Below are positions 23,030 through 46,404 of a DNA stretch of 64,000 nucleotides, piece after piece. The notes beneath the pieces were generated by a model, which was given only the letters and a program-made list of their open reading frames with translations, was not told where the DNA came from and made no database searches. The translations under genes and the position numbers were made by a program. Numbering within the stretch: the stretch's first letter is position 1; the number at the start of each line of letters is the position of its first letter. Where the stretch lies: NCBI RefSeq assembly GCF_009914755.1, contig NC_060927.1. The stretch is one strand, 5' to 3'. The DNA comes from the human T2T-CHM13v2.0 reference genome, Homo sapiens.

Positions 23030-23609
23030 GTGAGTTCCAAGCTTGGTGTGTAAGGCCCAGTGGCACTTTCTTGTGGTTGGGTCTCCGTTACTATTTAAGT
23101 GAGTACTTCTGCCATGAAATGACAAAACATAGAAGAACCTCAGTCACTTAACAGTCACAGTAACTGGCATAAAGTAGCTTTTTATTTTTATTTTCTGTTT
23201 TTTGGTCCCTCTTATAATCCCACTGCTATCTTGCTAACACATATAGTCAGAAGTCAAGTTTGGGATAAACCTCATGATCCTCAGTTATCCAAGAAGATGA
23301 TTTCAGGGTGTTGCTTTCATTTTTTTGCCAAGGCAGGTAAGTAGCTTGGGGCTTATCTGTGCTACGTTGTAGATACCTTTACCAGAAGTAGTAAAATAAT
23401 GGTTTTCCCTTGCCGTTTTACAAAGTTTCTAGTGGGGGTTTTGATTTAGCCTTTCAGACCTCCTTCATCCATCAGGAATAATTTACATAGCTAGAACCCA
23501 TGTATGCCATCCGGCCAGGTCAACTGAAGAAACAGAATCCCTTCAAGTAGAAAATATGTCCAAGTGGGTCTTCTACGCAGCTGCTTTGATGCTCAACAGG
23601 AGCCCCTGA

Positions 23610-23849
<240 letters not shown>

Positions 23850-25031
23850 TGATCTCCCTACCTTGGCCTCCCAAAGTGCTGGGATTACAGGAGTGAGCCA
23901 CTGTGCCCGACCGAGAATTTTGCTTTGTAAGGGCCTATGCAAATGCTATTTCCAGGAACCCTCTTTTCTTTATTTTTTGAGACAGAGTCTCACTCTGTCA
24001 CCCAGGCTGGAGTGCAGTGGTGTGATCTTGGCTGACTGCAACCTCCACCTCCTGGGTTTAAGCAGTTCTCCCACTTCAGCCTCCTGAGTAGCTGGGATTA
24101 CAGGCACTCACCACCACACCTGGCTACTTTTTTATATTTTTAGTAGAGACGGGGTCTAACCATGTTAGCCAGGCTGGTGTCCAACTCTTGACCTCAGGTG
24201 ATCCGCCTACCTTGGCCTCTTAAAGTGCTGGGATTATAGGCATGAGCCACCGAGCCTGTACTTTTTTTTTTTTTTTTCCAAAGATGGAGTTCTGCTCTTG
24301 TCGCTCAGGCTGGAATGCAATGGTGTGATCTTGGCTCAATGCAACATCTACCTCCTGGGTTCAAGCGATTCTCACTCCGCCTCCCCAGTAGCTGCTATTA
24401 CAGGCGCCCACCACCACACCTGGATAATTTTTATATTCTTAGTATAGATGCGGTTTCACCATGTTGGCCAGGCTGGTCTCGAACTTCTGACCCCAGGCAA
24501 TCCGCCTGCCTCGACCTCCCAAAGTGCTGGGATTACAGGTGTGAGCCACCGCTCCCGGCCCCAGGAGCCCTCTCAATCAGAGTGGTCATGCCAGGATCTT
24601 AGACAGCAACATTGACTCTGCAGTGCCAAACGAAGATAGGCCATGGGTAGTGGCATATTTCTTCTGTGGGGCCACATTCTTTCGCTCTCTTTTTCTTTGT
24701 ATATATCAGAGAGAGAAGTGTATCATACACTTAGAACAATGCAGAAGACACAGAGTTTAAAGAATAATGACAAACATCCCAGCACCCACCACATTCCTAG
24801 TGCCTAAGAAGCCCCCTGGGTGTCCATATCCCTTGACACCCAGAGTTCACTGCCATCTCACGAGAATCACTTGAACCCCGGAGGTGGAGGTCACAGTGAG
24901 CCGAGATTGTGCCACTGAACTCCAGCCTGGGCGATAGAGCGAGACTCTGTCTCAAAAAAAAAAAAACTGGCTGGGCGCGGTGGCTCACGCCTGTAATCCC
25001 AGCACTTTGGGAGGCCGAGGTGGGCGGATCA

Positions 25032-25385
<354 letters not shown>

Positions 25386-25529
25386 TCACCCAGGCTGACA
25401 GGCTGAGTGCAGTGGTGCGATCTCGGCTCACTGCAACCTCCACCTCCCAGGTTCAAGCAATTATCCTTGCTCGGCCTCCTGAGTAGCTGGAACTGCAGGC
25501 ACATGCCACCATACCCAGCTAATTTTTGA

Positions 25530-25727
<198 letters not shown>

Positions 25728-26463
25728 TGAACTCCTGATCTCATGATTAGCCCACCTTGGCCTCCCAAAGTGCTTGGATTACAGGCGTGAGGCACCGTGC
25801 CCGGCCTGTATTGTTCTTTAAAATGGTAGCAAGCACACCTAGCTAATTAAGGAGAGGGCATTGTTGCCACTATTAGGTGAAGGCTCCCAGGAGGAGAAAA
25901 ATTGAACAACCTCTGGGTCTCCGGGTTTTGCTTTGGCTTCCCTAAAATGATTCAAGAGCCTCATTTTTGGGGAAGTCAGTAAGCCAAGTTATCCCTGGAG
26001 AGTGAATCCTGGGAAACAGGATTTACCATTGTCAGGGTCTGGAAGAGGCAGAATAGGCCAGATATAAAATCTAATAAGGTATTATTAGAACAATGTGTGT
26101 TCTAGACAACCAGGAGGACTTCAGACAAGTTTTGCTTCTCATAGCAGCCTTGACACAGATATAACAAGGCACATAGCCCATGTGCTCATGGAATGCAGAA
26201 TATCAACAGGCCATTGTTCATCCAACAAAACTGTGGTTGGCTTCTCTCCATTAGACTGCAGTAATTCTTTGAGCATCTAACAATAATTTTTTGAACATAT
26301 AGGGGATTTTTTTTTTTTTTTTTGAGACACAGTCTCGCTCTGTCACCTAGGCTGGAGTGCAGTGGTGTAATCTCGGCTCACAACCTCCGCCCTACAGGTT
26401 CAACCAGTTCTCGTGCTTCAGCCTCCCAAGTAGCTACTGGCATGTGCCACCACACCTGGCTAA

Positions 26464-26465
<2 letters not shown>

Positions 26466-26544
<79 letters not shown>
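26466..26544. repeat. Compound microsatellite (TG)n(TA)n(T)n in an Alu linker
   Basis: About 24 TG units, then a TA run and a T run. Confidence 0.95.
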
Positions 26545-26749
26545 GGTAGAGACGGGTGTTTCACCATGTTGGCCAGGCTGGTCTCAAATTCCTGACCTCA
26601 GGTGATCCATCCGCCTTGGCCTCCCAGAGTGCTGGTATTACAGGTGTGAGCTACCGCAAAAGCAGAATCGTAATTCTGATTATGAACCATTGGATAGCTC
26701 TAGGTTTTATAGAAATGTGTTATTTGCCAGGCGCAGTGGCTCACGCCTA

Positions 26750-27184
<435 letters not shown>

Positions 27185-27528
27185 TCAGTTGGACTAGTTC
27201 CTCCTTCTTATAGTGGCATTGACATAGCAGACCAGTAGTCTGTATGGTCAGCATCTGCCTGTGTTAGATTAATAAGGCGCATGGCACATGTGCTCATGGA
27301 ATAGAAATTATCCATAGGCTTTTGTTCCTATCAGCAAGTACAGGCTACAAGGACAGTAGGATGTGACAGGGATGAGAGGTGCACATTCCTTCGGGAAAGA
27401 GGCACCCTTGGGAAGTTGTGTTCAGGTGACCCCTTTGGGAGCAGGGTCTGTCTGTCTCACTCCTCTGCCTATGGAGGAAAGTGGAGTTGTCTTGTAGATG
27501 TAAATGACTCTTCCTCTGTTCTGCACAG

Positions 27529-27680
27529 ACTTCTGCTGGATGTGTCTAGGAGATTGGAAGACTCATGGCAGTGAATACTATGAGTGCAGTCGTTACAAGG
27601 AGAATCCTGACATCGTGAACCAGAGCCAACAAGCCCAGGCGAGGGAAGCCCTCAAGAAGTACTTATTCTACTTTGAGAGG
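27529..27680 (+). CDS. ARIH2: ARIH2 coding exon ([10 protein letters not shown]...FYFER)
   Basis: gcacag|ACTTC...GAGAGG|gtaggt; 152 nt. Confidence 0.96.
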
Positions 27681-28399
27681 GTAGGTGTCCTCTCCTGTAC
27701 CTTCCCCTACAGGGTAGGCTTCTTCCACTTGGCCTGCTGGTGGGATTCCCAGGGACTGGTAGACAGAGCTAGCCTGTGCACATAGAAGTCAGTGAATGGA
27801 GCTCCTGCAGTATCCCTGGTGCTGCCTCTATAGATGTGCCTTTCAAGCTCTATAGGGTATATCCCCAGCCAACAGGGAAGGACCTGGTACTGACCTTGGT
27901 TGAATGATGGATTGAAGGACAATGAAGGGCCATCAGACAGTCTTTTCCATCTAGTACCATCTTTTTTTTTTTTTCTTTTTTCTACGTTTTTAATTTTTAT
28001 TTATTTTTTTCTTTCTGTCCTCACAATCTGTTCCCATAGTATCATCTTAGTAGTCAGATTTGGAAGGCAGTTTCTCCCAGGGAGCCCTTTAGAAGCCCAA
28101 AGAGCCCCATGCATAATGGTCTCTAAGCATAGTAGACCATCAGGGGCCTAGCTTTGCAGAGTCCTCAGGGCTCGAGTCCTGTTGCCCCAGAAGGGTAGAG
28201 CGATCTGGCAGTAAGCATACAGCTGCTCTGGACAGGTTAGAAGGATGGACTGAAGAAGACCTGCTCTTGCACTTTGGGGAATAAGTTAGAGGAGTCTGTG
28301 GCCATGTCCTGCCAGCAAGGTGTCTATCCTGAACTCCTGTGTAGACCTCTGCACCTTCATGGGACTCCTGTGGTTTTCTTCTTCTTCTGTGCCCTGTAG

Positions 28400-28543
28400 T
28401 GGGAAAACCACAATAAAAGCTTGCAGCTAGAGGCACAGACATACCAGCGGATTCACGAGAAGATTCAGGAGAGGGTCATGAACAATCTGGGGACATGGAT
28501 CGACTGGCAGTACCTACAGAATGCTGCCAAGCTCTTGGCCAAG
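28400..28543 (+). CDS. ARIH2: ARIH2 coding exon, Ariadne domain (WENHNKSL...KLLAK)
   Basis: ctgtag|TGGGAA...GCCAAG|gtatct; 144 nt. Confidence 0.96.
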
Positions 28544-28848
28544 GTATCTACCACTTCACTCATCTTATCCCTGGTCCAGTGCCTGGCTCCGTCAGGCACA
28601 GACCTCTGATAGTGGGAAGCTCTGTTGAAAGAGGGTATTTTAGCACCCTGTGCAGCCTTTCATGCTTCTGCTTGTGGATCCACATTTTCATGTGCTGTGC
28701 CCATTAAGGACCCAGTCCTCTGATGGATGTCCAGGGGATTTATAAGAGTGTTGCACTGCCTCTGCCTGCAGGGAAAACTAGAGCACTTTTCTTCTCCTTT
28801 TGTCCTGTTTATGTATCACTCAAAGGAAAATAAAAGATTGTCTGATCA

Positions 28849-29061
<213 letters not shown>

Positions 29062-29213
29062 TCAAAAAAAAAAAAAAAAAAAAAAAAAAAGATTGGGCAG
29101 GGTGCAGTGTCTCACGCCTATGATCCCAGCACTTCGGAAGGCCAAGGCAGGTGCATTGCTTGAGCCCAGGAGTTTGAGACCAGCCTGGGCAACATGAGAA
29201 AACCCCGTCTCTA

Positions 29214-29405
<192 letters not shown>

Positions 29406-29707
29406 CTAAGCATTGAGATAGATGTGTTGACTCTGATGTCCTACTCAAGAGGGAAAATCCATTGAGGCAGCTGCTGATAATCAGTTTGTAAAAGAAACTG
29501 TGGGTGTTCTGTGACCATCGTTGTTTGTTTTTTCCCTCATGTCTTTTCCCAATTCATCCTCTATTTGGCCTAGTATCATTTCTTTCAGGCCTATATCTAT
29601 AGAGCTGGGCTAATTTGCATGTTGAGGGTAGGAATTGTAAGAGCCACCTGAGATGCAGGTAGCTTAGAATCACAGACACAGGTTCCTTCTCTTCTCTCCT
29701 GTTGCAG

Positions 29708-29776
29708 TGTCGATACACCCTGCAATACACCTACCCATATGCATATTACATGGAGTCCGGACCCAGGAAGAAGCTG
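29708..29776 (+). CDS. ARIH2: ARIH2 coding exon ([23 protein letters not shown])
   Basis: ttgcag|TGTCGA...AAGCTG|gtaagg; 69 nt. Confidence 0.95.
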
Positions 29777-30943
29777 GTAAGGCAAAGCAATTTTTCTACT
29801 CTGTCCCGTTAGCCTCAAAGGTGCCCTTCTCTACCAGCACTTTGCAGGAGAGTGAGGACCAGACCTTGGTCATTGGGAGGGCAAAGTTAAAACAAAACTC
29901 TAATTGCAAAATTCCACTTCTGCTCTGGGCACCTCCAAAATAGATCTCAGGTGCTATTATTTTGTGTCATATAAGGCACATGCACCTAATCCTCTGAACA
30001 ACTGTATTTAAAGGGCGATTGGCTAAAAAGGTCTGTGGCCAGTGGGAGGCCAGTAGTGCCCATGCTTGGGAGGGATATTTAGCATGCATGTCCTTAAGAT
30101 ATATTTGACTGTTTTATACCTTGTTTAATTCTTCATCTTAGAGTTGAATTTGAATATGAATTTATTGTTATTACCAATAGTGTTAATAAACTAGTAATTA
30201 ACATTTTTGTTTAAATGCTGGAAAACAGAAAAGCATTTACATTGTCCAGAGAGAAATTACCACTGTCAGCATTTTCCAGCCTTTTAAAATTAACATTGTG
30301 TATATATAATCAAGGTTATATATAACATTTTATTGTTATAACAGTTTATTGTTATAGCTGTTATGATTTACCTGCCTGGTAAATACCATTTTGTTAATGG
30401 TTGCATAAATGTGTCATTACATGATTGTACCATCACTTGGGACATTTATTCTTTCTTTCTTTCACTGCTATAAATAGGACATTGAGGAATATTTTTGTGC
30501 ATAAAGCTGTATATCTTCTTAGATGTATGATTACTAAGTATTTAAGTTTGAATATTTTTAAGGCTCTTGATTTGCTGGAGGACTGAAAAAAATGAAGTGA
30601 TAGTGTCTGAGAATATTCATTTGACTTATTTTTTACAGCATCCATTCCCTTTCATGTTGGGAGTGTTCTCTTTAGTGGCTTAAATTCTTTGCCTGCCTTT
30701 GGGAGTGTGGAGGGTGGAGTGGACCTTTTGAGGGTCGAGGGTGAATGTGGCCTTGCTGTTTGGATAGCCTTTTGTTTGGATTCTGGCTCTGGGCACAGGG
30801 AATAACACTACTTTCTGAGGACAGTATCAGGATTGTCTGTAGTTCCTGTGAGCCTGAGGTGCTGCATGTGCCCACCCCCGTGTACAGGCCCTGCCCCAGC
30901 CACAGCCCACTCACCTTTTGACCCTCCTGCTCTGCCTATACAG

Positions 30944-31027
30944 TTTGAATACCAGCAGGCTCAGCTGGAGGCTGAGATCGAAAACCTCTCATGGAAAGTG
31001 GAGCGTGCAGACAGCTATGACAGAGGG
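30944..31027 (+). CDS. ARIH2: ARIH2 coding exon ([11 protein letters not shown]...YDRG)
   Basis: atacag|TTTGAA...AGAGGG|gtaagt; 84 nt. Confidence 0.95.
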
Positions 31028-31246
31028 GTAAGTGCCTACTGTCCTCTTGGATTCTATATTGCAGGTAGAGGACTGGCATGGTAATAGGTGACAGCGTTGT
31101 TGGCTTGTGCACTGGTAGCTGCTGCTAAGAATGGGAAGGGCAGTGTTTTTGACTCCTTGGAGGTCCTGGAGGGTGTTTGTGGCTTTGGCTACTCCTTGCT
31201 CCCAGGCCTGGGCCATGCAAGCACACACCTTGTTTCTCTGATGCAG

Positions 31247-31318
31247 GACTTGGAGAACCAGATGCATATAGCGGAGCAGCGGAGGAGAACCCTGCTGAAA
31301 GATTTCCATGACACCTAA
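31247..31318 (+). CDS. ARIH2: ARIH2 last coding exon ([23 protein letters not shown])
   Basis: atgcag|GACTTG...TAA; the 13 exons sum to 1227 nt = 408 aa + stop. Confidence 0.96.
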
Positions 31319-31704
31319 GTTGGGATGTGGATGTGCCGGGGTGAGGAAGATGTGGCTGCAAGGTCTCCCGGCTGCCATACTGCATGCTGCAGGCTCTGCC
31401 TTTCATGACCCCAGGCAACAGCCAGGGCCCCACTCCTGAGAGACACTGGCAACACCTCTTAGTTGATTTCTGTTTTCTTCTCTTTTCACTTTTTGTTTCT
31501 ACCAGGGTAGAGGCCATGTTGAACTGGCCTCTTTTCAGGACTTTTATTTCCCCCTGGATGGTTGTTGGGAGGGAGGGAAAGTGTTTTCTGAATGGCTATT
31601 AATAGTATTAGATCATTACAACTTATGTAACTTTCAAAGGTTGTACAATTATACAAAAAAAAAAAAAAAGGCAAACTATAGGATAACACAGAGCCCTTTT
31701 TGAA

Positions 31705-31710
31705 AATAAA
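31705..31710 (+). terminator. ARIH2: ARIH2 proximal poly(A) signal AATAAA
   Basis: AATAAA ~390 nt after stop, followed by T/GT-rich sequence. Confidence 0.65.
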
Positions 31711-33561
31711 TTGGCATTGGAGTGTTTTACCCTCTAGCTGTTTTACTTAGAATGTAACATATGCTGCCTACCCACCTCAAAATGTCTGTACTGCAAGAGG
31801 GCCCTGGGCCTCTGCTTTCCATATTCACGTTTGGCCAGAGTTGTAGTCCCAAAGAAGAGCATGGGTGGCAGATGGTAGGGAATTGAACTGGCCTGTGCAA
31901 TGGGCATGGAGCACAAGGGGTCACAGCATGCCTCCTGCCTTACCGTGGCAGTACGGAGACAGTCCAGAACATGGTCTTCTTGCCACGGGGTGTTGTTGTC
32001 TCTGGTGGTGCTGCATGTCTGTGGCTCACCTTTATTCTTGAAACTGAGGTTTACCTGGATCTGGCTACTGAGGCTAGAGCCCACAGCAGAATGGGGTTGG
32101 GCCTGTGGCCCCCCAAACTAGGGGGTGTGGGTTCATCACAGTGTTGCCTTTTGTCTCCTAAAGATAGGGATCTACTTTTGAAGGGAATTGTTCCTCCCAA
32201 ATAAATTTGCTTTACCTTGGTCCTTTCTTTTGTGCCAGTATTCAAGTGGTATAGCTCTGAGCAGGGTCACATTTGGCCAAACCTGACACTGTCTTGCTGC
32301 ATTCTCCTTTGGCAAACATCAGGGTCAGAATTCAGGATAGCCCTTCCTAGGGCACTGGACTTTCTGGCATGGGGGCTGTGTTTGCACAAGTTATTTTCAT
32401 GTTACCTGGAGAGTGTCCAGAGGCTGCTCTGAGGCTGAGGTGTGTTCCCCCTTGCCTGGTTCCAGCTGTCAGAGGGATACCATCCTAGGGTCTGGGAATC
32501 CAAGGCCACGAGACTCCTTGGTTTGTGGTCCGAGATCCTGTACTAAGGAGGGTCTGGCCAGAGGAACAGACCAGCTTTTGCACAATGAAGCGCAAGGGAA
32601 CAAGTGGTTTGCCTGGTGTCCTACCTGTCCTGAACCTGGTCCTGTGGGCCATTGAAAAGTTAGATCTGTGATCTCTGGGGTTTTTGTGGCTTTGTTCAAT
32701 GCTTCCACTCTAGGGCAGGCAGAGCAGTCTATACTCTCCCAAGCCTGCTTGACCTCCAAGTAGAGCTGATACAGAGATCTGTGAATATTGTGATAGAAAT
32801 TCTTTGGTATTCATACATTTCAGCTGCAAGTCAGCAATTTCCCAGGTACCATGTAAGCTATAAAACAGTCATTCTTAAAGACAGAGGATAGCTGTGACTC
32901 ATGGGATCATGAGGTCCATGGCTGGTTGCAGGTTCCCTTTTTCCTTCCTCAGGTTTTGTCTCTTCCTGTGTTGTCCCCAGCAAGGGAGAGACTGTGGGGT
33001 GGATTGGGAGAACAGATTAGGAGTATAGCAAATGAACCCAGAATGGAACAGTGGGGAGCTAACTGTGAATGAGGAGAGTACCTGCTGCAGGACCTGGAGG
33101 TCAGGTGTGAATGCTGTATTGGCACAGGGAATAAATATCCTGGCGTCTGGAGCCTTCACCTCTCCGTCAAGTCCTTCCTGTGATACTGCCATGGCACAGG
33201 ATCTGAGTTGCAGCTCTGCACCCTAAATCACACCCTGGGCATTGTCTGGGCTGCAGGGCTGCCAGGTTCTGTACTTGTGTCCAGCTGTGGCCCTGGATGC
33301 TGGAGCTGGAGGGTTTTCTGTGCTCAGACTGTAGCCTGTAGCTCTTGGCCTGTGTAGAGCCCCCTCCTGTGCCCTCAGTGGCTGTCGTTTGTTAACATCA
33401 TCAGGAAGATGGGAAAGGTCAGGCAGAATTTTTCTGCCCTACAAAGGGTGGAAGAGAAAGGACACAGTATTTTCATGAATTTACCATATATCTTTGTTTT
33501 TCTTCAACGAAAAAGTTAATTGAGGCAATGTCATCTGCTCAAAGTTGAGTGGTTTATTCAC

Positions 33562-33567
33562 AATAAA
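33562..33567 (+). terminator. ARIH2: ARIH2 distal poly(A) signal AATAAA (3'UTR ~2.2 kb)
   Basis: AATAAA at the end of an Alu-free UTR-like stretch, with downstream GT/T-rich tract. Confidence 0.65.
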
Positions 33568-34379
33568 CTGTAAGTTTCTGATTATAAAAATGTGTCTAGA
33601 GTCTTTCTTCATGGGGTCTAGGTAGTCTTCTGAGCCCACAGGGGTCTGGCCAGTGAACACCAGAGGAGTGCCTTCCTATCAGTCAGCCCCTTCTTCCAGA
33701 GGGCTGTGGAGGCCCCAGTGGCCAAACTCGGCTCTGTTTTCCCTTTCTGGCTGTTGGGGGAGAGGGCACCTGTAAGTGATCCCTGTGGAATGAAGTAGAA
33801 AATCCTGCCAGTTTTCCGCTCTCCTCTCCCTCAGTACAGGCTGAATCATTCCCCACCACAGATAGATCCCAGGGTTGTGGTAGAGTACTGATATAAATGT
33901 CCCAACCCCCCCATTCTGAGACCTCCGGACCCCTCCAAAGCAGACATGGGAATGTAGGGCTGTGGAATATGGCAGGGTGAACTCCAGCTTCACGGGAGCC
34001 CTAAGGGTTATGAAGAGACAACTTGGGGCAGAAACAAGTGTGGAGTCTAATCTCAAGGGTGAAGGACAGGAAATGAGGTTTGGATTGATTAAGGGGGTCC
34101 ACATTTGTGGTGTCAGAAGTGGCAGTAGTGTCAGTGATAAGTAGCTCAGGGGTAGAGTGGAGGCTCCATAGCTGTGGGCAACATGCACAGGGCACCTGTG
34201 GCTAGAAGAGGCCTCATACATTGCCAGTCTGAACTCCGCAGCTCTTCCTCTGGACCTCAGGTGTGCCAAGCCCCACGCTTGGCACCTGGGCATACAGTGG
34301 TATGCAAGTGATTCACGTGCTCTAGCTTCCAGGAGCTTCCAATCCATGGGGAACATAGAAGGAATTGATCACTAGTGAA

Positions 34380-37325
<2,946 letters not shown>

Positions 37326-38011
37326 TTAAAAGTGTTGCTCTTGCCTGCAAGTCCACCTCGGGGAGGGGGGTCAGCTTCTGCCCTGAGGGCGTGTAGTAAT
37401 CTCTTCCTGAGGATAACCAGCTCTAGAAGAGCAGGGATGCCTTGGCACTTGACCACTGGTAGGTATGTCCTCCCCCCACCCCCGTTTTTGGTGATAATCT
37501 GTTTAATTTTTCTCTGAGGTAATGGTGTCTCAGTTATGGAAGAGTCCCTTCCCGCCTCTTCACACGTGCCAGCTTTGATGCAAGGAGTGTTCCATATACC
37601 TGAGCACTGGTTCATTCCTGCGGGCTGCCATGGGGGGCTCACTTTCCTGATGCCAGGGCTCCTCCAGGATGCCCCCTCTGACGGCCTATGAAACCTTGCA
37701 CATCAGGCAGCTTCTTCCTAAGGCCTGCCTGACTCCGGCGAGACTTCCCGGGAGATCCGGACCGACCGCGGAACCGAGCTCCAAGAATGCCTGCGAGGAG
37801 GCTGTGGGTCCTACCCTATCGCCGCTTACGCAGTCCCAGCCTCCGCGGCGCCCCCAAATGCCGCACTGTTGAGTCATCTCAGCGCTGCCTCCTCCGCGCT
37901 GCGCTCCCCACCCCCGCTCCTGGAGCAAGAAGATGCAGACGATACTTTTCCCGGAGGCAAGAGGGCGTCTTCACGCAGGCACCGAGAAGCTCCCACTAGT
38001 GTATGCCTTAA

Positions 38012-38881
<870 letters not shown>

Positions 38882-38884
38882 TAG

Positions 38885-39022
<138 letters not shown>

Positions 39023-40375
39023 TGAGGCTCGTTGTGACCACGTGACCTCTATTTTGAAAATGGCTGCTTCAGAGCAGCCCTTCCAGAGGATTACCAAAGT
39101 GAAGGACCTTCCCCGTCCTCGAAATAGGGTAACACTCCCTCTTATCCCAACTCCCTGCAGTCCATTCTTCCATCACAGGGCTGGCAGGGTGAGCCTGAGG
39201 CTGGTGTCTAAACGTTTCATTGCACCTGTCTTCCGTGCCACCATTAATTCTGTCACCTTCTAGAACTGGGAGGAAGGTGGGAGACTGATAACCAGCTTTC
39301 TGCCGACCTCAGGACCTCTGGGGAAAATCCCACTGCCGAAGTGGGCCTTGTGGTCTGATGAGAAGCAGGCCGTCCAAATGTAGATAAACTGGTACCCCCC
39401 CAGCCTCCTCCACTGGAGTACCAGTCAGAGGCTCAGCTTTTGCTGCCAGCACTCTGAGATTCTTCTTAAGGTGAAGTCTTTGTTCAGCCATCATGGGCAA
39501 AGCTTTCTAGGGTGACTCCAGTTGGAGCCACAACATAGCTCATCGTTTCTGAGCTCTAGTTATGTGCTTGCCTTCATATGATTATTTCATTTAATTCCTG
39601 CAACCCCTCTGTGAAGTGGGTGTAGATCCTACTCAGGCCAGTGAGGGGGAAAGTTAGGGACAGAGAGCTGCTGTGGCTTGGCCAGGCTGACACGGTTACT
39701 TCAGTGGTGAAGCTAGGATTAGAACCCACATAGCCTGCCTCTAAGGCCTATGCAGTAAAGCCACAGTGCGAGCTGTGAAGACCCCAGAGTCCTTCAAAGA
39801 CCACCAGTGTCAACTGGGTGGGGACCCCTAGTCCCATGGACATTGTCCAGGGTGTTTGTGTAGCCCAGCCCTGGGTACCTGGCCTCCGTGACAAACATAT
39901 TTGCAAACCCAGGGCCATTCCTGCCTGCCGGGGGATGGAATGGGTTAGGAGCTGGGGCCAAAGTAGAACATCTGAGCACAAGTCATTACCTCCAAGGCAG
40001 AGGGTCCTGGTTGGGGATTATGCCTAGACCTGTCAGAATGATGTCATATGCATGCTGTTTGTAGGGAAATAGATTATGCTGTCAGTCCTGTTGTGGGAGA
40101 GGCACCCAAAGCTGGTTGTTGTTATTATTACTATTACTATTGAGTAACGTTGAAGTCTGTGCCAGGCACTATTTTAGGTGCCAGGAACACAGCATTGAAC
40201 TAAATATAAACAATGAAACAAAACCCTGAAGCTGACATTCAAATGAAGAGGAAACAGACAATAAACAAACAAATAAATATATACATTGGTGTGTCAGATG
40301 GTGATATGTGATTGCAAACAAGTAAGGCAGATTTTTTTTCTTTTTTCTTTTTTGCCAACATAAAATAGCAGACAG

Positions 40376-44708
<4,333 letters not shown>

Positions 44709-45267
44709 TAGTTCGAGTTTTTAAGGAATTTAGCTCAGGCTGCTGCATTGCCACACACACCCCTGCTCTTTCATAGGCCTGCTGCTTGGCAAAGCTACGG
44801 ACCGGTAAAGGTTAATCAGGTATAATTAAGTCTGTCCGGGGTTCGACAAACAGCATCTTGTCCAAGGTGAGCATAGCCCAAGGCTATGTGCCTGCCCGGA
44901 GACTCAGCTTGGGGTTCCGAGGCATGTGGGCAGTAGTAGCAGGCCACTAGCCAGGCTGTCATCCTAGGCCTGGGAAGGACAGAAGGTGGTTTTCCCTACC
45001 CAGCATAGACAGCTGCCTGGGAGCCTGTCTGTCCTCTTGGCCAGACAGAGGACTACCTGCTCAAAAAGCAGTTCCTAGCTGTGTCCATGGAAAGTGTACT
45101 TCCACCCTGTTTGAGACTTGTGCCTCTCTGGATTCTGGTTTGTAAATCTCCTTGGGGGGCGGCAGAAAGAGGGTTGTATGTGTTTCCATGGAAGCACACA
45201 CAATTTGCATGGCCACTGCAGAGGCCATGGCTACAAAGTCCCAGGCTCTCCCTGGCGGGGTTAGCCC

Positions 45268-45584
45268 CTATTCTTGGCACTGGTGAGGGTGCCAATGGCG
45301 CACAGCCAGTCGAAAATTTTGGTGGCCCTGGCTCCAGGCATAGGCCGTGGTTACCAACAGCCAGCAGGCCTCCATCTTCCCACTCAACACATAGGTCCCT
45401 GTGTGCCTTCCTCGAAAAAGATTGTACACACATGTGACATCCAGCTGCAGCCAGCGTTGCAGGGTGGGCTCCAGCTCTGCAGGGGGCAGTGGTCCCGTCT
45501 TCAGCACCTCTAGTCTGGAGTACAGGTTGCAGTCCCAGGGGCCAGAGGAAGTACTGTTGGTCCTGGAGAACCTGACCTTCACTG
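45268..45584 (-). pseudogene. Crescent-like relic exon 4 (rest of NTR to native stop), open frame
   Basis: ccactcag|CA VKVRFS...LQRWLQLDVTCV...AYAWSQGHQNFRLAVRHWHPHQCQE TAG; 317 nt. Confidence 0.9.
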
Positions 45585-45920
45585 CTGAGTGGGAACAGAG
45601 GGGCCGGTGAGGAGATGGGCCTCTAGGAGTCCTCCCTAAACCCCCAAGAGTGTTTAGTCCATCAGTCCCCTCCACCTAGTAGACTAAACCCTTTTGTCTG
45701 ATGCTCTGCCCTTAGAATCAGTCTGCCACCTTCCTTAGCAGAATTTTTGGTTTCATTTTGTTGTTTTAGCAATGTCCTATGCTTGTAAAGGAATTTTTTC
45801 TTTTTGTTCCAACCAGGCATAGCATTTAGATATTCCCTCTTACACTGCCTCAGCCCCGAGCCAGGAGCTGCAATGGAGGCACTTGGAAGGGGTGTGTAAA
45901 GCTACAGGCCCAGGACTCAT

Positions 45921-46007
45921 CAAAGTCACTGGTGCAGAGAGTGTCCAGAACCTCCTTGGAGGAGCCTGCATCCTGCAACTCGCAGTCCCTGCAGCTGGCA
46001 TGCAGCG
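45921..46007 (-). pseudogene. Crescent-like relic exon 3 (start of NTR), donor mutated to AT
   Basis: ctcttcccag|CG LHASCRDCELQDAGSSKEVLDTLCTSDF G|atgagt; 87 nt. Confidence 0.88.
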
Positions 46008-46231
46008 CTGGGAAGAGGGGCAAGGCGAGGCACTGGCCAGTGTGGTTGGGGGTGGAGTGAGGAGGGGGTGGAGGGGGCTGATCCCTCCACTTTTCCCCCT
46101 TTTTTACCCTTTTTGAGACGGATGCCTGCTGTAGGTGACATTGAGTACAGTTTACCTGATCCCTGTATGATTTGAATGATTTGAAAGGGGTGGGGCCGAG
46201 CAAGGTGGAGACCAGCCATGTGCAGACTCAC

Positions 46232-46404
46232 ATGGGCGGTCCAGGCGGGAGCCGTTGTTGGCCACAGCAGTGATACAGAGATCATGGCCCAAGGGGAAGC
46301 GTCCACAATGCAGGATGGCTGGCCAGGGGTAGCTGTAGCAGGCCATGATGGGCTCGCAGCTGGCCTGCATGGCCTCGCACAGGCTGTAGGAGGGGTAGAT
46401 GACC
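46232..46404 (-). pseudogene. Crescent-like relic exon 2 (CRD second half), open frame
   Basis: tttcccccaaag|G VIYPSYSLCEAMQASCEPIMACYSYPWPAILHCGRFPLGHDLCI...RP T|gtgagt; 173 nt. Confidence 0.9.

Noticed and set aside
31654-31669. A-run in the ARIH2 3'UTR as a poly(A) site or retro-insertion
   Set aside because: Genomic homopolymer with no adjacent element; mainly an internal-priming hazard.
33679-34356. 225-aa - strand ORF downstream of ARIH2
   Set aside because: No recognisable motif; begins in repeat-like sequence; no supporting gene structure.
45915-45920. AT donor as a U12-type AT-AC intron
   Set aside because: Sequence is ATGAGT, not ATATCC, and the acceptor is AG; a GT>AT point mutation is simpler.
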